DNA from: Alphaproteobacteria bacterium
Lineage (GTDB): Bacteria; Pseudomonadota; Alphaproteobacteria; UBA828
Assembly (NCBI GenBank): GCA_965214705.1
Contig: OZ243972.1
Span: forward strand, 2,176,001 to 2,240,000
Length of the DNA: 64,000 bases
Reading direction: 5' to 3'
The first letter of the stretch is position 1. Each line of letters opens with the position of its first letter. Position numbers and translations under genes: made by a program. Below the pieces are notes generated by a model. That model had not been told where the DNA came from. It saw only the letters and a list, made by a program, of their open reading frames with translations, and did no database searches. Positions 1 through 10,620 of the stretch are shown one piece after another.

Positions 1-1
1 G

Positions 2-646
2 CTGTTCGAGGAGCTGGGCGTGACGGCGACCATTTTCGGCGTCGGCCAGGCGCTCGCGCTGAATCCGGATGTCGGCCGCTACTGCGCCGGGCAGGGCTAC
101 GAGGTCGCGAGCCACAACTGGCGCTGGTTCGACTATGCCAACGTGCCGGAAGAGGTCGAGCGCGAGCACATCCTGAAGTCGAAGGAGACGATTCGCGAGC
201 AGACGGGCGAGGCGCCGGTCGGCTTCTACTGCGGCCGGGTGAGCGCCAACTCGCGCCGGCTCGCAATCGAATGCGGCGGTTTGCTCTACGATTCGGACGC
301 CTACGACGACGACATTCCCTACTGGCTCGAACTTGAAGACGGTAGCCGCCACCTCGTCATTCCCTACGCGCTCGACAGCAACGACATGAAATTCAGTACG
401 CCGAACGGCTTCGCTTCGCCGGTGGCGTTTGCCGAATACCTCTGCGGGGCCTTCGACGAGCTTTACCGTGAGGGCGTCAACGGGCACCCCGCGATGCTTT
501 CCGTGGGCCTGCATTGCCGCGTGATCGGGAGGCCGGCACGCCTCGCGGCGCTCCGGCGCTTCCTGGAGCACGTGCTGAGTCACGACGACGTGTGGATCTG
601 CCGACGCGCGGATGTCGCGCGCGCATATCACGGCATCGAAGGGTAG
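2..646 (+). CDS. Polysaccharide deacetylase family protein, allantoinase PuuE-like (5' truncated by window edge)
   Basis: Motifs EVASHNWRW, LYDSDAYDDDIPYW, HLVIPY...NDMKF, MLSVGLHCRVIGRPAR typical of PuuE/CE4; frame open from base 2. Confidence 0.85.
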   Translation: MFEELGVTATIFGVGQALALNPDVGRYCAGQGYEVASHNWRWFDYANVPEEVEREHILKSKETIREQTGEAPVGFYCGRVSANSRRLAIECGGLLYDSDAYDDDIPYWLELEDGSRHLVIPYALDSNDMKFSTPNGFASPVAFAEYLCGAFDELYREGVNGHPAMLSVGLHCRVIGRPARLAALRRFLEHVLSHDDVWICRRADVARAYHGIEG

Positions 647-655
647 GGTGGCGGC

Positions 656-1456
656 ATGACAGGACGTCTCGATGGCAAGGTCGCGCTGATCACGGGCGCA
701 GGCTCGGTCGGCCCCGGCTGGGGCAACGGCCGCGCCACCGCCGTGCTGTTCGCCCGCGAAGGCGCGCGCGTCGTCGCGGTCGACCGCAACACGGCCGCTG
801 CCGAGGCAACGCGGCAGATGATCGAAAGCGAGGGCAACGCCTGCGCCGTGGAGACCGCCGACGTGACCGACAGCGCCCAGATCGAGCGGGTAATGTCCAC
901 GGTTTGCGAGCATTGGGGCGGGTTGCATGTGCTGGTCAACAACGTGGGGGGCTCGGTGCCCGGCGGGCCGGTCGAACTCAGCGAGGAGGACTGGGCCGGG
1001 CAATTAGAATTCAACCTCACCAGCGCCTTCCTCACCACCCGCTGCGCGCTCCCCATCATGGAGGCGCAGGGCGCGGGCGCCATCGTCAACATCTCTTCGG
1101 TCGCGGGGCTTCGCTTCGTCGGCAACCACCACGCGGCCTATGCGGCGGCGAAGGCGGGGCTGGTCCAGTTCACCAAGGCGGTGGCCGTGCAGTACGCGGC
1201 GCGCGGCGTGCGCTGCAACTCGATCTCGGTCGGGCTGATGCACACCCCGCTGGTGGAGGCGCGCCTCGCCGCGCAGTACGGCGGCGGCGACCTCGAGGCC
1301 CTGGTCGAGAAGCGCCACGCCCAGGTGCCCATGGGGCGCATGGGCTCAGGCTGGGACGTGGCCCACGCGGCGCTCTTCCTGGCCTCGGACGAGGCAGCTT
1401 ACGTGACCGCGGCCGACCTGGTCGTGGACGGCGGCCTCACCGCAAAATGCGACTGA
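656..1456 (+). CDS. Short-chain dehydrogenase/reductase (SDR)
   Basis: TGAGS..GxGNG, NNVG, YAAAK catalytic motif, VVDGG C-terminus. Confidence 0.92.
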   Translation: MTGRLDGKVALITGAGSVGPGWGNGRATAVLFAREGARVVAVDRNTAAAEATRQMIESEGNACAVETADVTDSAQIERVMSTVCEHWGGLHVLVNNVGGSVPGGPVELSEEDWAGQLEFNLTSAFLTTRCALPIMEAQGAGAIVNISSVAGLRFVGNHHAAYAAAKAGLVQFTKAVAVQYAARGVRCNSISVGLMHTPLVEARLAAQYGGGDLEALVEKRHAQVPMGRMGSGWDVAHAALFLASDEAAYVTAADLVVDGGLTAKCD

Positions 1457-1493
1457 CGGCGTCGCTGCGCCGGCCGGGCCGGCGGCTACGCCA

Positions 1494-2258
1494 ATGATCG
1501 AGAGCATCGCACGACGCGATCGGCTGGTTGTGCTGGCCGGCCTCGCGGTAGCCGCCGTGCTCGCCTGGCTCTACCTCATCGACATGGCCCTCGATATGGG
1601 CGGCGACATGGCGCACGCGGACGGCGCCATGATGCAGATGCAGGCCTGGAGCGTCGCCGACGGCCTGCTGATGTGGGCCATGTGGGCCGTGATGATGGTG
1701 GCCATGATGGTGCCGAGCGCGGCACCGATGATCCTGATCTTCGCTCGTGTGGACCGATCGCAAAGTAGTGGCCGCCCCTTCACCTCGACAACGCTCTTCG
1801 CGCTCGGCTACGTGCTGGTCTGGGCGGCGTTCAGTGTTGCCGCGACGACGATGCAGTGGGGGCTGCAGAACGCGGCGCTGCTTTCGCCGATGATGGTCGC
1901 CACCAGCACGATTCTCGGCGGCGTGCTGTTCATCACCGCCGGCGTCTATCAGTGGACGCCGCTCAAGCATGCCTGCCTCAAGCATTGCCGCTCGCCCATG
2001 GCCTTCATCATGGGGCACTGGCGGCCGGGCCGGTCGGGCGCCTTCCGTATGGGGCTCGGCCACGGCGCCTTCTGCCTCGGCTGCTGCGGCTTCGTGATGG
2101 GGCTGCTCTTCGTCGGTGGCGTGATGAACCTTGCCTGGGTGGCGGCGATCACCGTCTTCGTCGTTGCCGAGAAGCTCATGCCCAAGGGCGAATGGGTGGC
2201 GCGCGCGGGCGGCGTCGCGATGGTCGCCGCCGGTATCTACCTCCTCGTCTCGCCCTGA
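1494..2258 (+). CDS. DUF2182 family predicted metal-binding integral membrane protein
   Basis: MWAVMMVAMMVPS, YQWTPLKHACLKHCRSP, CLGCC, LFVGGVMN motifs; Met-rich and hydrophobic. Confidence 0.85.
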   Translation: MIESIARRDRLVVLAGLAVAAVLAWLYLIDMALDMGGDMAHADGAMMQMQAWSVADGLLMWAMWAVMMVAMMVPSAAPMILIFARVDRSQSSGRPFTSTTLFALGYVLVWAAFSVAATTMQWGLQNAALLSPMMVATSTILGGVLFITAGVYQWTPLKHACLKHCRSPMAFIMGHWRPGRSGAFRMGLGHGAFCLGCCGFVMGLLFVGGVMNLAWVAAITVFVVAEKLMPKGEWVARAGGVAMVAAGIYLLVSP

Positions 2259-2264
2259 GAGCTC

Positions 2265-3053
2265 CTATCGCGCGGTCGTGCCGCCATCGATGGGGAGCAG
2301 GGTGCCGGTGACGAAGCCTGCGGCGTCGGAGGCGAGATACATCACCGCATGGGCGATATCGACTGGCTGCCCCACCTTGCCGAGAGGGATATGCTCCTTG
2401 AGCTTCTCGCGGATCTCTTCGGAGGTGACGTCGAGGTGCGCCCAGCCCAGGTCGGTCATGGGCGTGTCAATATCGCCGGGGCAGACCGCGTTGACCCGGA
2501 TGCCTGCGCGCGCGTGATCCATGGCCATGCACTTGGTCAGCATGACGATGGCGCCCTTGGTCGCGCTGTAGGCGGGCAGGCGCTCGTAGGCGATCAGCCC
2601 GCATTCGGACGACATGTTGATGATTGCGCCGCCATCGCCTTGCGCCTTCATCTGGCGGACGGCGGCCCGCGCCATGTAGAAGCTGCCGCTGATGTTGATA
2701 CCGATCAGGTGGTCCCAGTCGTCGTCGGAGGTCTCGTCAACCGGCCCATGCAGGCAGATGCCGGCGTTATTGAAGAGCACGTCGAGCCGGCCGAAGCGGT
2801 CCACCGTCTCGGCCACCAGCCGGTCGCAGTAAGCGGAGTCCGCCACATCGCCGAGGCTCAGGGCGGCGCTGCCGCCGCTGCTCACGATGCCGTCCAGCAC
2901 CGCGCCGCCGCGCGCCGCATCGCGCCCGTTGATCATGACGTTGGCGCCATGGGCGGCGAAGGCCTTGGCAGTGCCTTCGCCGATGCCGGAGCTGGCACCG
3001 GTGACCAGCACCGTCTTCCCGGCGAATGCGTCGTTGGCGAAGACTGAGCTCAT
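2265..3053 (-). CDS. SDR family oxidoreductase
   Basis: TGASSGIG, NNAG, YSATK; start placed at ATG 3053 after GGAGG-like RBS. Confidence 0.9.
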   Translation of the reverse strand: MSSVFANDAFAGKTVLVTGASSGIGEGTAKAFAAHGANVMINGRDAARGGAVLDGIVSSGGSAALSLGDVADSAYCDRLVAETVDRFGRLDVLFNNAGICLHGPVDETSDDDWDHLIGINISGSFYMARAAVRQMKAQGDGGAIINMSSECGLIAYERLPAYSATKGAIVMLTKCMAMDHARAGIRVNAVCPGDIDTPMTDLGWAHLDVTSEEIREKLKEHIPLGKVGQPVDIAHAVMYLASDAAGFVTGTLLPIDGGTTAR

Positions 3054-3094
3054 GGGAGCCTCCCTGTGGACCGGTTGCGTCGTGTGACCGTAGT

Positions 3095-4539
3095 TTAGCT
3101 TGCAAGGACCGGCGGCCGGCGGTCCTTCCAGGGCTTGGCCGCCTCCAGCTGGCCGGCGAGGCGGAAGAGCGTGCTCTCGTCGCACTCGCGGCCCACGAGC
3201 TGCACGCCGACCGGCAGGCCGTCCACCGTCGTGTGAAGCGGCAGTGACATGCCGGGCAGGCCGCTCGCATTGAAGGGCGCCGTGAACACGGCATCCGGCC
3301 CCATCAGCTCGGCGTTGTAGCGGTCGATATCGCCCATGGTCATCGGGTAGTGGCCGTGAGGGCGGGCGGGATGGCCGATCACGGGCATGAGGTGGACGTC
3401 GCAGTCCGCGAGGCTCACGATCAGCTCGCGGCTGATCTGGCGCAGCTCATCCACGTCGCGGTAGTGCTGCGGTCCGTCGATGGCCTTGCCCTTCTGGATG
3501 ATTCCCCAGATCAGCGGCGCGACATCGTCTTCGGTCACCGGGCGGCCGATGAGCGCTTCGGAATCCTCGAAGCCCGATGCAGTCTGGGCGGCGGTCATCC
3601 GCGTATAGGCGCCCCAGAACCGCTCCCAGTCCAGGGCGAGTTCCCGCTCCTCCACCCGGTGGCCAAGGCTCTCGCAGAGCGCCGCGGCATCGCGCACGGC
3701 CTGCACCACCTCCTCGTGGATGGGGTTGCCGGCCGGCGACGCCGTGGTCACGCCGATGCGGAGTGTGCCGGGGTCGCGCCCGACCTCGTCCAGGTAGGGG
3801 GTCTCCGGCATCTCCGTGTAGTAGACGTCGCCCGTCACCCGCCCGCCGACGGCATCCAGATAGGCGGCGCTCTCGCGCACCGTGTGGGTCACGGTGAGGA
3901 AGGTGGCACCGCCGTACCAGTAGTCGGGGTAGGGATCGAGGGTCACCCGGCCGCGCGAGGGCTTGAGTCCCACCAGCCCGCAGTGAGAGGCCGGCACCCG
4001 CGTCGAGCCGGCGCCGTCGCTCGCATCGACGAAGGGCACCATGCGAGACGCCAGCGCGGCCGCCGCGCCCCCGCTGGAGCCCCCCGGAGTCCGCTCCTGG
4101 TTCCAGGGGTTGTTGGTGCGGCCGAAGAGCGCGGCCTCGTCGCGAGGCACCAGCCGAACTCTGGCGCGTTGCTGCGGCCGAGCAGCACGAAGCCCGCGTC
4201 CTTGATCCGCCGCGTGTAGGTCATGTCGGCGGGGCAGACGAAGTCCTTAAAGTAGGGGCAGCTGTTGACCAGCGGAATGCCCTCCCAGAGCGTGCCGAGA
4301 TCCTTGAGCAGGAAGGGCACGCCCTTGAACGGGCCATCGGGCAGCGCCGGGTCGGCGGCGGCCTTGCGGCCATAGTCGAAGAGCGGGATGGAGACCGCGT
4401 TGAGCGTTGGGTTGAGCGCCTCGATGCGGCGGATCGCCGCCTCGGCGAGCTCGCCCGGCGTCACTTCGCCCGCCTTCACCAGCTGGGCGATGTCGAGCGA
4501 ATCCCGCTCCTCGAACAGGGCTCCGATATCGGCGCTCAT
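3095..4539 (-). pseudogene. Amidase signature family protein split by one frameshift near 4138 (pseudogene or sequencing error)
   Basis: N-half (GVPFLLKD, GRSNAPEFG) in ORF 3943..4572; C-half (GGSSGG, SDGAGSTRVPAS) in ORF 3095..4150; one added base restores T-E-A-A-L-F-G-R-T. Confidence 0.8.
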
Positions 4540-4629
4540 GAGGCCTCCCTGGATGACTGTGCTTCTCGCCACGCGACCTCTGCGTCCGCGCGAGGCTCGA
4601 AATTGGAAGGATGTTCGAATTCATCAATG

Positions 4630-5118
4630 TTAAGATCGAGGACGAGTGCGACGTGCTGATCGGTCCGAGATTGAGATTATTTTGCCATCTTTGCCAAATC
4701 TGGGATCCTCAAGAAGTTTGAACCCCTTGACGTTGGGAGTCCAGTGCATGGGTAATCGCCATGTGTCGCCTCGAGACGATAGTTGAATTCGTTCAACAAT
4801 TGCGGGCCACCATCTGATTAACAGTGCTGCCTTAGCATAGCCTACTAGACCGTTGAATGTTGGGGTCGGAAAGAAGCCGATCAGTCCACTTTCCTTATAT
4901 GCTATCAGATTGGGCCAGTTCTTGAGAATATTGTAGTCACCGGAAACTATTGCGGTGCCGCCGTCCTCGGCAAAAGCCATCATCCAATCAGCGTCGTCCG
5001 TTCTAGGGTCGTGCACCTGTCTGACGTGCGACACCTCAAATCCTTCTCGATTCTCGGTAAGTGCTAATAAGGCTTTTGCTACGCGGGGAGATAAATTCTC
5101 GTCGAGACGGATTTTCAA
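4630..5118 (-). CDS. PIN-like domain toxin (VapC45/DUF5615-like)
   Basis: MKIRLDENLS, TDDADW, IVSGD acidic PIN motifs; ATGA overlap with upstream DUF433 gene; AT-richer than flanks. Confidence 0.75.
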   Translation of the reverse strand: MKIRLDENLSPRVAKALLALTENREGFEVSHVRQVHDPRTDDADWMMAFAEDGGTAIVSGDYNILKNWPNLIAYKESGLIGFFPTPTFNGLVGYAKAALLIRWWPAIVERIQLSSRGDTWRLPMHWTPNVKGFKLLEDPRFGKDGKIISISDRSARRTRPRS

Positions 5119-5834
5119 TGCACTATCTGCCCATCCAGCATGCGTTCGAATTGAACCGCTTGCTCCACAGCATCACTATCGACCTCGAATTCTTCAGCTG
5201 CTCGGTTGATCCCACCCTCCACGAGGTACGCGTCATACAGCCGACGTGTCGGTACTCTGATGTCCTTGATGACAGGATGGCCGAAGCAGATGGCTGGGTT
5301 CACCAACACTCTATCGGTATCCGGGTTGGGCATCCAATGGCGAGCGATATCATCTACGTAGAATATAGTATCGAACAAGGATTGTTTGATGACAGGTTCC
5401 ATCTCGAAGTTGTCGTTCATTAAATTTAGAACGCGCAACTCCTCGTCAGACCCAGCGGATTCCATAAAGATGGCCTTGCCATCAGTCCGGAATCGATTGT
5501 TCATAGCGAACGGATGGTCGACGTCATGCCGCTCGCGCAACTTGGTGGATACGCTCCGAATCGTTTGCGGGCTGAACCAAGTAGTGAAGTGCCTGATAAA
5601 CTTTGCCTCAATGAGATCAAGAAAACCGAGGACCGCATGTCCTCCAACGCGTGGTAGCTGGCGTTGAATAATTGGCACGGCTCGCGTGCCACGATTCCCC
5701 TCGATCCAAGATCGCAGCTTGGGCCTAGTGGTGCCAATCAAACGTGCGGCTTCGGGAACTGTATAGATCCCTCGACGAACGGCCAGTTGCCAATCGAATT
5801 CTTGCACATTCATATCAAGTGTAACGCTCCCCAA
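5115..5834 (-). CDS. HTH + DUF433 antitoxin (VapB45-like)
   Basis: N-terminal YTVPEAARLIG...LRSW HTH, FLDLIE, C-terminal NPAICFGHPVI...AVEQAVQFE (DUF433); start uncertain. Confidence 0.8.
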   Translation of the reverse strand: MGSVTLDMNVQEFDWQLAVRRGIYTVPEAARLIGTTRPKLRSWIEGNRGTRAVPIIQRQLPRVGGHAVLGFLDLIEAKFIRHFTTWFSPQTIRSVSTKLRERHDVDHPFAMNNRFRTDGKAIFMESAGSDEELRVLNLMNDNFEMEPVIKQSLFDTIFYVDDIARHWMPNPDTDRVLVNPAICFGHPVIKDIRVPTRRLYDAYLVEGGINRAAEEFEVDSDAVEQAVQFERMLDGQIVH

Positions 5835-5944
5835 TTGGTTAGCCGTCTTCCAACGGTAGCATTTTGGACCCCCGTCTTGCGAGCCTCACCTTGGACATCT
5901 ATCGCAGCCTTGAGGGCGTGTCCAAGGATGACAGCGGCCGCTGC

Positions 5945-5977
5945 AAACGAAAAGGGGCGGGCCCGCGGGCCCGCCCC
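5945..5977 (-). terminator. Rho-independent terminator of groESL
   Basis: Perfect palindrome GGGGCGGGCCCG/CGGGCCCGCCCC (5954-5977) followed on the minus strand by TTTTCGTTT, just after the groEL stop. Confidence 0.85.
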
Positions 5978-6001
5978 GTAACGAGAGCCTGAAAGGCTGG
6001 G

Positions 6002-7675
<1,674 letters not shown>

Positions 7676-7990
7676 CTACGCGGCCTTCTTCGACTTCTTG
7701 CCGGTCTCGACGATGGCCATGATGTCGGACTCCTTCATGAACAGGAGCTCGTCACCGTCGAGGGTCACTTCGTTGCCGGACCACTTGCCGAACAGCACGC
7801 GGTCGCCCGGCTTCACGTCCAGCGGATGCAGCGTCCCGTCATCGCCTCGGGTGCCAGGGCCCACGGCCACGATCTCGCCTTCCTGCGGCTTCTCCTGGGC
7901 CGTATCGGGAATGATGATGCCGCCGGCGGTCTTGGTGTCCTCGCCAATCCGGCGAACCACGACCCTGTCGTGCAGCGGTCGAAACTTCAT
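7676..7990 (-). CDS. groS: Co-chaperonin GroES
   Basis: [21 protein letters not shown]; GGAGG RBS before ATG 7990. Confidence 0.98.
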   Translation of the reverse strand: MKFRPLHDRVVVRRIGEDTKTAGGIIIPDTAQEKPQEGEIVAVGPGTRGDDGTLHPLDVKPGDRVLFGKWSGNEVTLDGDELLFMKESDIMAIVETGKKSKKAA

Positions 7991-8033
7991 TGGTTCCTCC
8001 ACGTTCGTCTGTAAGATCGTCTGATAGCAGGTG

Positions 8034-8060
8034 TTAGCACTCGCTAGAAGCGAGTGCTAA
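8034..8060. promoter_or_regulatory. CIRCE element (HrcA operator)
   Basis: Exact TTAGCACTC-N9-GAGTGCTAA upstream of groES. Confidence 0.97.
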
Positions 8061-8180
8061 CACCTCTCGCGCGGCGAATCAAGCACCTGTTTGCAATCGG
8101 GTTCGCCCGCATGTCGCGCCGCGCCGCCTGCCCGAGACAGGTGAAGAATCCCGGCAAGTTCCGAAAGTAAGGTTTTAAGG

Positions 8181-8284
8181 CGGCCTATTCCGGCCTAATC
8201 CGGCCCAAAGTGGCCCAAGGTAGCCCAAGATGGTCCGGGGCGAGCGGCCCAAGGTGGCCCACTGCGGACCGGAGCGGTGCATCC
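8181..8284. repeat. Degenerate tandem decamer array (consensus about YGGCCCAAGG)
   Basis: Six units 8181-8240 (cggcctattc, cggcctaatc, cggcccaaag, tggcccaagg, tagcccaaga, tggtccgggg), a 4-nt offset, then four units 8245-8284. Confidence 0.7.
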
Positions 8285-8444
8285 CAGCCCGCATTTCTCA
8301 ACAGGGTCATGGACGGGGCGACACATCCGCCGAGTCTGCCTTTCCCCGTCCGCCGCGTACACCGCACTATGGTCCGGTGCCCTGGGCTTGCGCCGGCGGG
8401 CCGGCCGGCGTCACGATGCGGCCGCCACAAGGGATGAGGGAGCC

Positions 8445-9224
8445 ATGGACCTTGGAATAGAAGGACGCCGGGCGATCGTCTGCGCCGCGAGCCGCGGGCT
8501 CGGCCGTGCCTGTGCGCAATCGCTCGCGCGAAACGGTGTCGATCTCGTCATCAACGGACGCGACAGTGCGGCGCTCGAAGGCACGGCACGCGATATTCGC
8601 GAGGAGACGGGCGTCACCGTGGAGACCGTAGCCGGCGACATCAGCGATCCGGCCGTTCAGGCCGCGCTGATCGAGGCCTGCCCCGAGCCCGACATCCTGG
8701 TGAACAACAACGGCGGCCCGCCCCGCCGGGATTTCCGCGAGATCGACCGCGACGCCTTCCTCCAAGGCGTGGTGATGAACATGGCGACGCCCGTGGAGAT
8801 GATCCAGCGTGTGTTGGACGGCATGGCCACACGCGGCTTCGGGCGGATCATCAACATCACTTCGATCTCGGTGAAGATGCCGGTCCCCGGCCTCGACCTC
8901 TCCAGCGGCGCCCGCGCCGGCCTCACCGCCTTCGTCGCCGGCATCGCGTCCGGCGTCGCCGCCCGCAACGTGACGATCAACAACGTCCTGCCCGGCTATT
9001 TCGACACCGAGCGTCTGCGCAGCAACATCGCGTCCGGAGCCGAGGCGACAGGTGCCGAGCTCACCGCGTTCACCGAGCAGCACATGGCGTCGGTTCCGGC
9101 CAAACGCTTCGGCGATCCCGCCGAGTTCGGCGAGGCCTGCGCCTTCCTCTGCAGCGCCCAGGCCGGTTACATCACCGGCCAGAACCTCGTGATCGACGGC
9201 GGCCGCTGCGGCAGCGTCTGGTAG
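8445..9224 (+). CDS. SDR family oxidoreductase
   Basis: MDLGIEGRRAIVCAASRGLG, NNNGGP, GQNLVIDGG; RBS GAGGGAG. Confidence 0.9.
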   Translation: MDLGIEGRRAIVCAASRGLGRACAQSLARNGVDLVINGRDSAALEGTARDIREETGVTVETVAGDISDPAVQAALIEACPEPDILVNNNGGPPRRDFREIDRDAFLQGVVMNMATPVEMIQRVLDGMATRGFGRIINITSISVKMPVPGLDLSSGARAGLTAFVAGIASGVAARNVTINNVLPGYFDTERLRSNIASGAEATGAELTAFTEQHMASVPAKRFGDPAEFGEACAFLCSAQAGYITGQNLVIDGGRCGSVW

Positions 9225-9399
9225 ACCCTCTCTCCCCAATCCCGAGGCGCAGACGCCGCACAGTTCGCGCGCATTTTCTCGCTTCTGCGATGAGGCACCG
9301 GCAAACACCGACGCCGAATCGCGCTTTCGGTGCGTTGGACCTTATTGATCTTCTTTATGGCCAAATCCATAATGGCAATGTTACGAGGGAAAGGGATAC

Positions 9400-10545
9400 T
9401 TGGTCATGATCGAGTGGCTCGGTATTGAGCACTTTTTCGAGCTTACCGGGACAGAGAAGCTAGCGGGATTTTTCACACCGCTGGCGATCTTCATCGTCTT
9501 TTTCTTGCTACAGGTCATCCTTCCAGGAAAGTGGGTTCCCGGCTACGTCAGGGATCGGGAGACCGGCGAGCCCCGTAAGTACCGGCTGAACGGTATCCTG
9601 GTGTTCGTCATCGCGGTGATCGTGTGGGCCTTTGAGGCCACCGGGATGCCGCGCGACTGGTTCTACCGGACCACGTTGTATGCACTGGCCGGGGGAACGC
9701 TGTTCTCCCTGATCTTCACCTTGATCGCGGTCTACAGCCAGCCGCGAAAGGAGAAACGGAATCCCGTCGCGGATTTGTGGGTTGGGCGAGCTCAGGAGCT
9801 GGCGTTCTTCAAGTACCGCTTCGACGTCAAGATGTATCTCTATGTCGTCGGCGGAACCATGCTGGTTCTTAACGCCATGTCCGGAGCCGCGTACCACTAC
9901 GACCGCTTCGGCGAGGACGCCAACCCCGGCGTCTTCCTGTATGCGGCGTTCTTCACGTTCTACGTGTTCGACTACTTCATCTTCGAGCGCGTCCAGCTCT
10001 ACACCTACGATCTGATCCACGAGAAGCTCGGCTTCAAGCTGTTCTGGGGCGGTCTCATCGTCTACGGATGGCTGTATATCATGCCGTTGTGGGGATTGGC
10101 CGCCTATCCCGACCCCGGATTCTCGCCGGCATGGACGTATGTCTGGCTGATCGGAACAGGTGCGCTTTTCCTCGTCGGATGGGGCATTTCGCGTGGCGCC
10201 GCCATGCAGAAATACGCGTTCAAACGATGGCCCGACCGCAAGTTTCTAGGGTTCATTGCGCCCGAATACATCCAGGCCGGCGATCGCAAAATCCTGTGCA
10301 GCGGCTTCTGGGGCGCTGCACGTCACTTCAACTACCTGGGCGAGGGGTTCATTTGCGTGTCGATTGGCTTGGTATTTGGCCATTTCGACAATCCCTGGGC
10401 CTGGACCTACTTCGTCTTCATCGTCTCGCTGTTCACCATTCGCCAGATTGAGGACGAGGAGTACTGTGCCGAGAAGTACGGTCCCGAGAAGTGGGCGGAG
10501 TATCGGGCGCGGGTGAAGTACCGAATCTTTCCCGGCATCTGGTGA
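9400..10545 (+). CDS. ERG4/ERG24 family sterol reductase-like membrane protein (C14/C7/C24 reductase family)
   Basis: YRLNG, FDVK, TYDLIHEKLGF, ILCSGFWGAARHFNYLGE, DEEYCAEKYG..WAEY..RVKYRIFPGIW signature motifs; many TM helices. Confidence 0.85.
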   Translation: MVMIEWLGIEHFFELTGTEKLAGFFTPLAIFIVFFLLQVILPGKWVPGYVRDRETGEPRKYRLNGILVFVIAVIVWAFEATGMPRDWFYRTTLYALAGGTLFSLIFTLIAVYSQPRKEKRNPVADLWVGRAQELAFFKYRFDVKMYLYVVGGTMLVLNAMSGAAYHYDRFGEDANPGVFLYAAFFTFYVFDYFIFERVQLYTYDLIHEKLGFKLFWGGLIVYGWLYIMPLWGLAAYPDPGFSPAWTYVWLIGTGALFLVGWGISRGAAMQKYAFKRWPDRKFLGFIAPEYIQAGDRKILCSGFWGAARHFNYLGEGFICVSIGLVFGHFDNPWAWTYFVFIVSLFTIRQIEDEEYCAEKYGPEKWAEYRARVKYRIFPGIW

Positions 10546-10620
10546 GAGGGCTTCCTGCGGGGTCCATACAGGGCGCCCGTGATGAGCTGACCGGCGACGA
10601 GCGTCCGGCGTCGGAAATCC

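Noticed and set aside
8181-8284. Possible CRISPR array
   Set aside because: Units are 10 bp, contiguous and without unique spacers; no cas genes nearby
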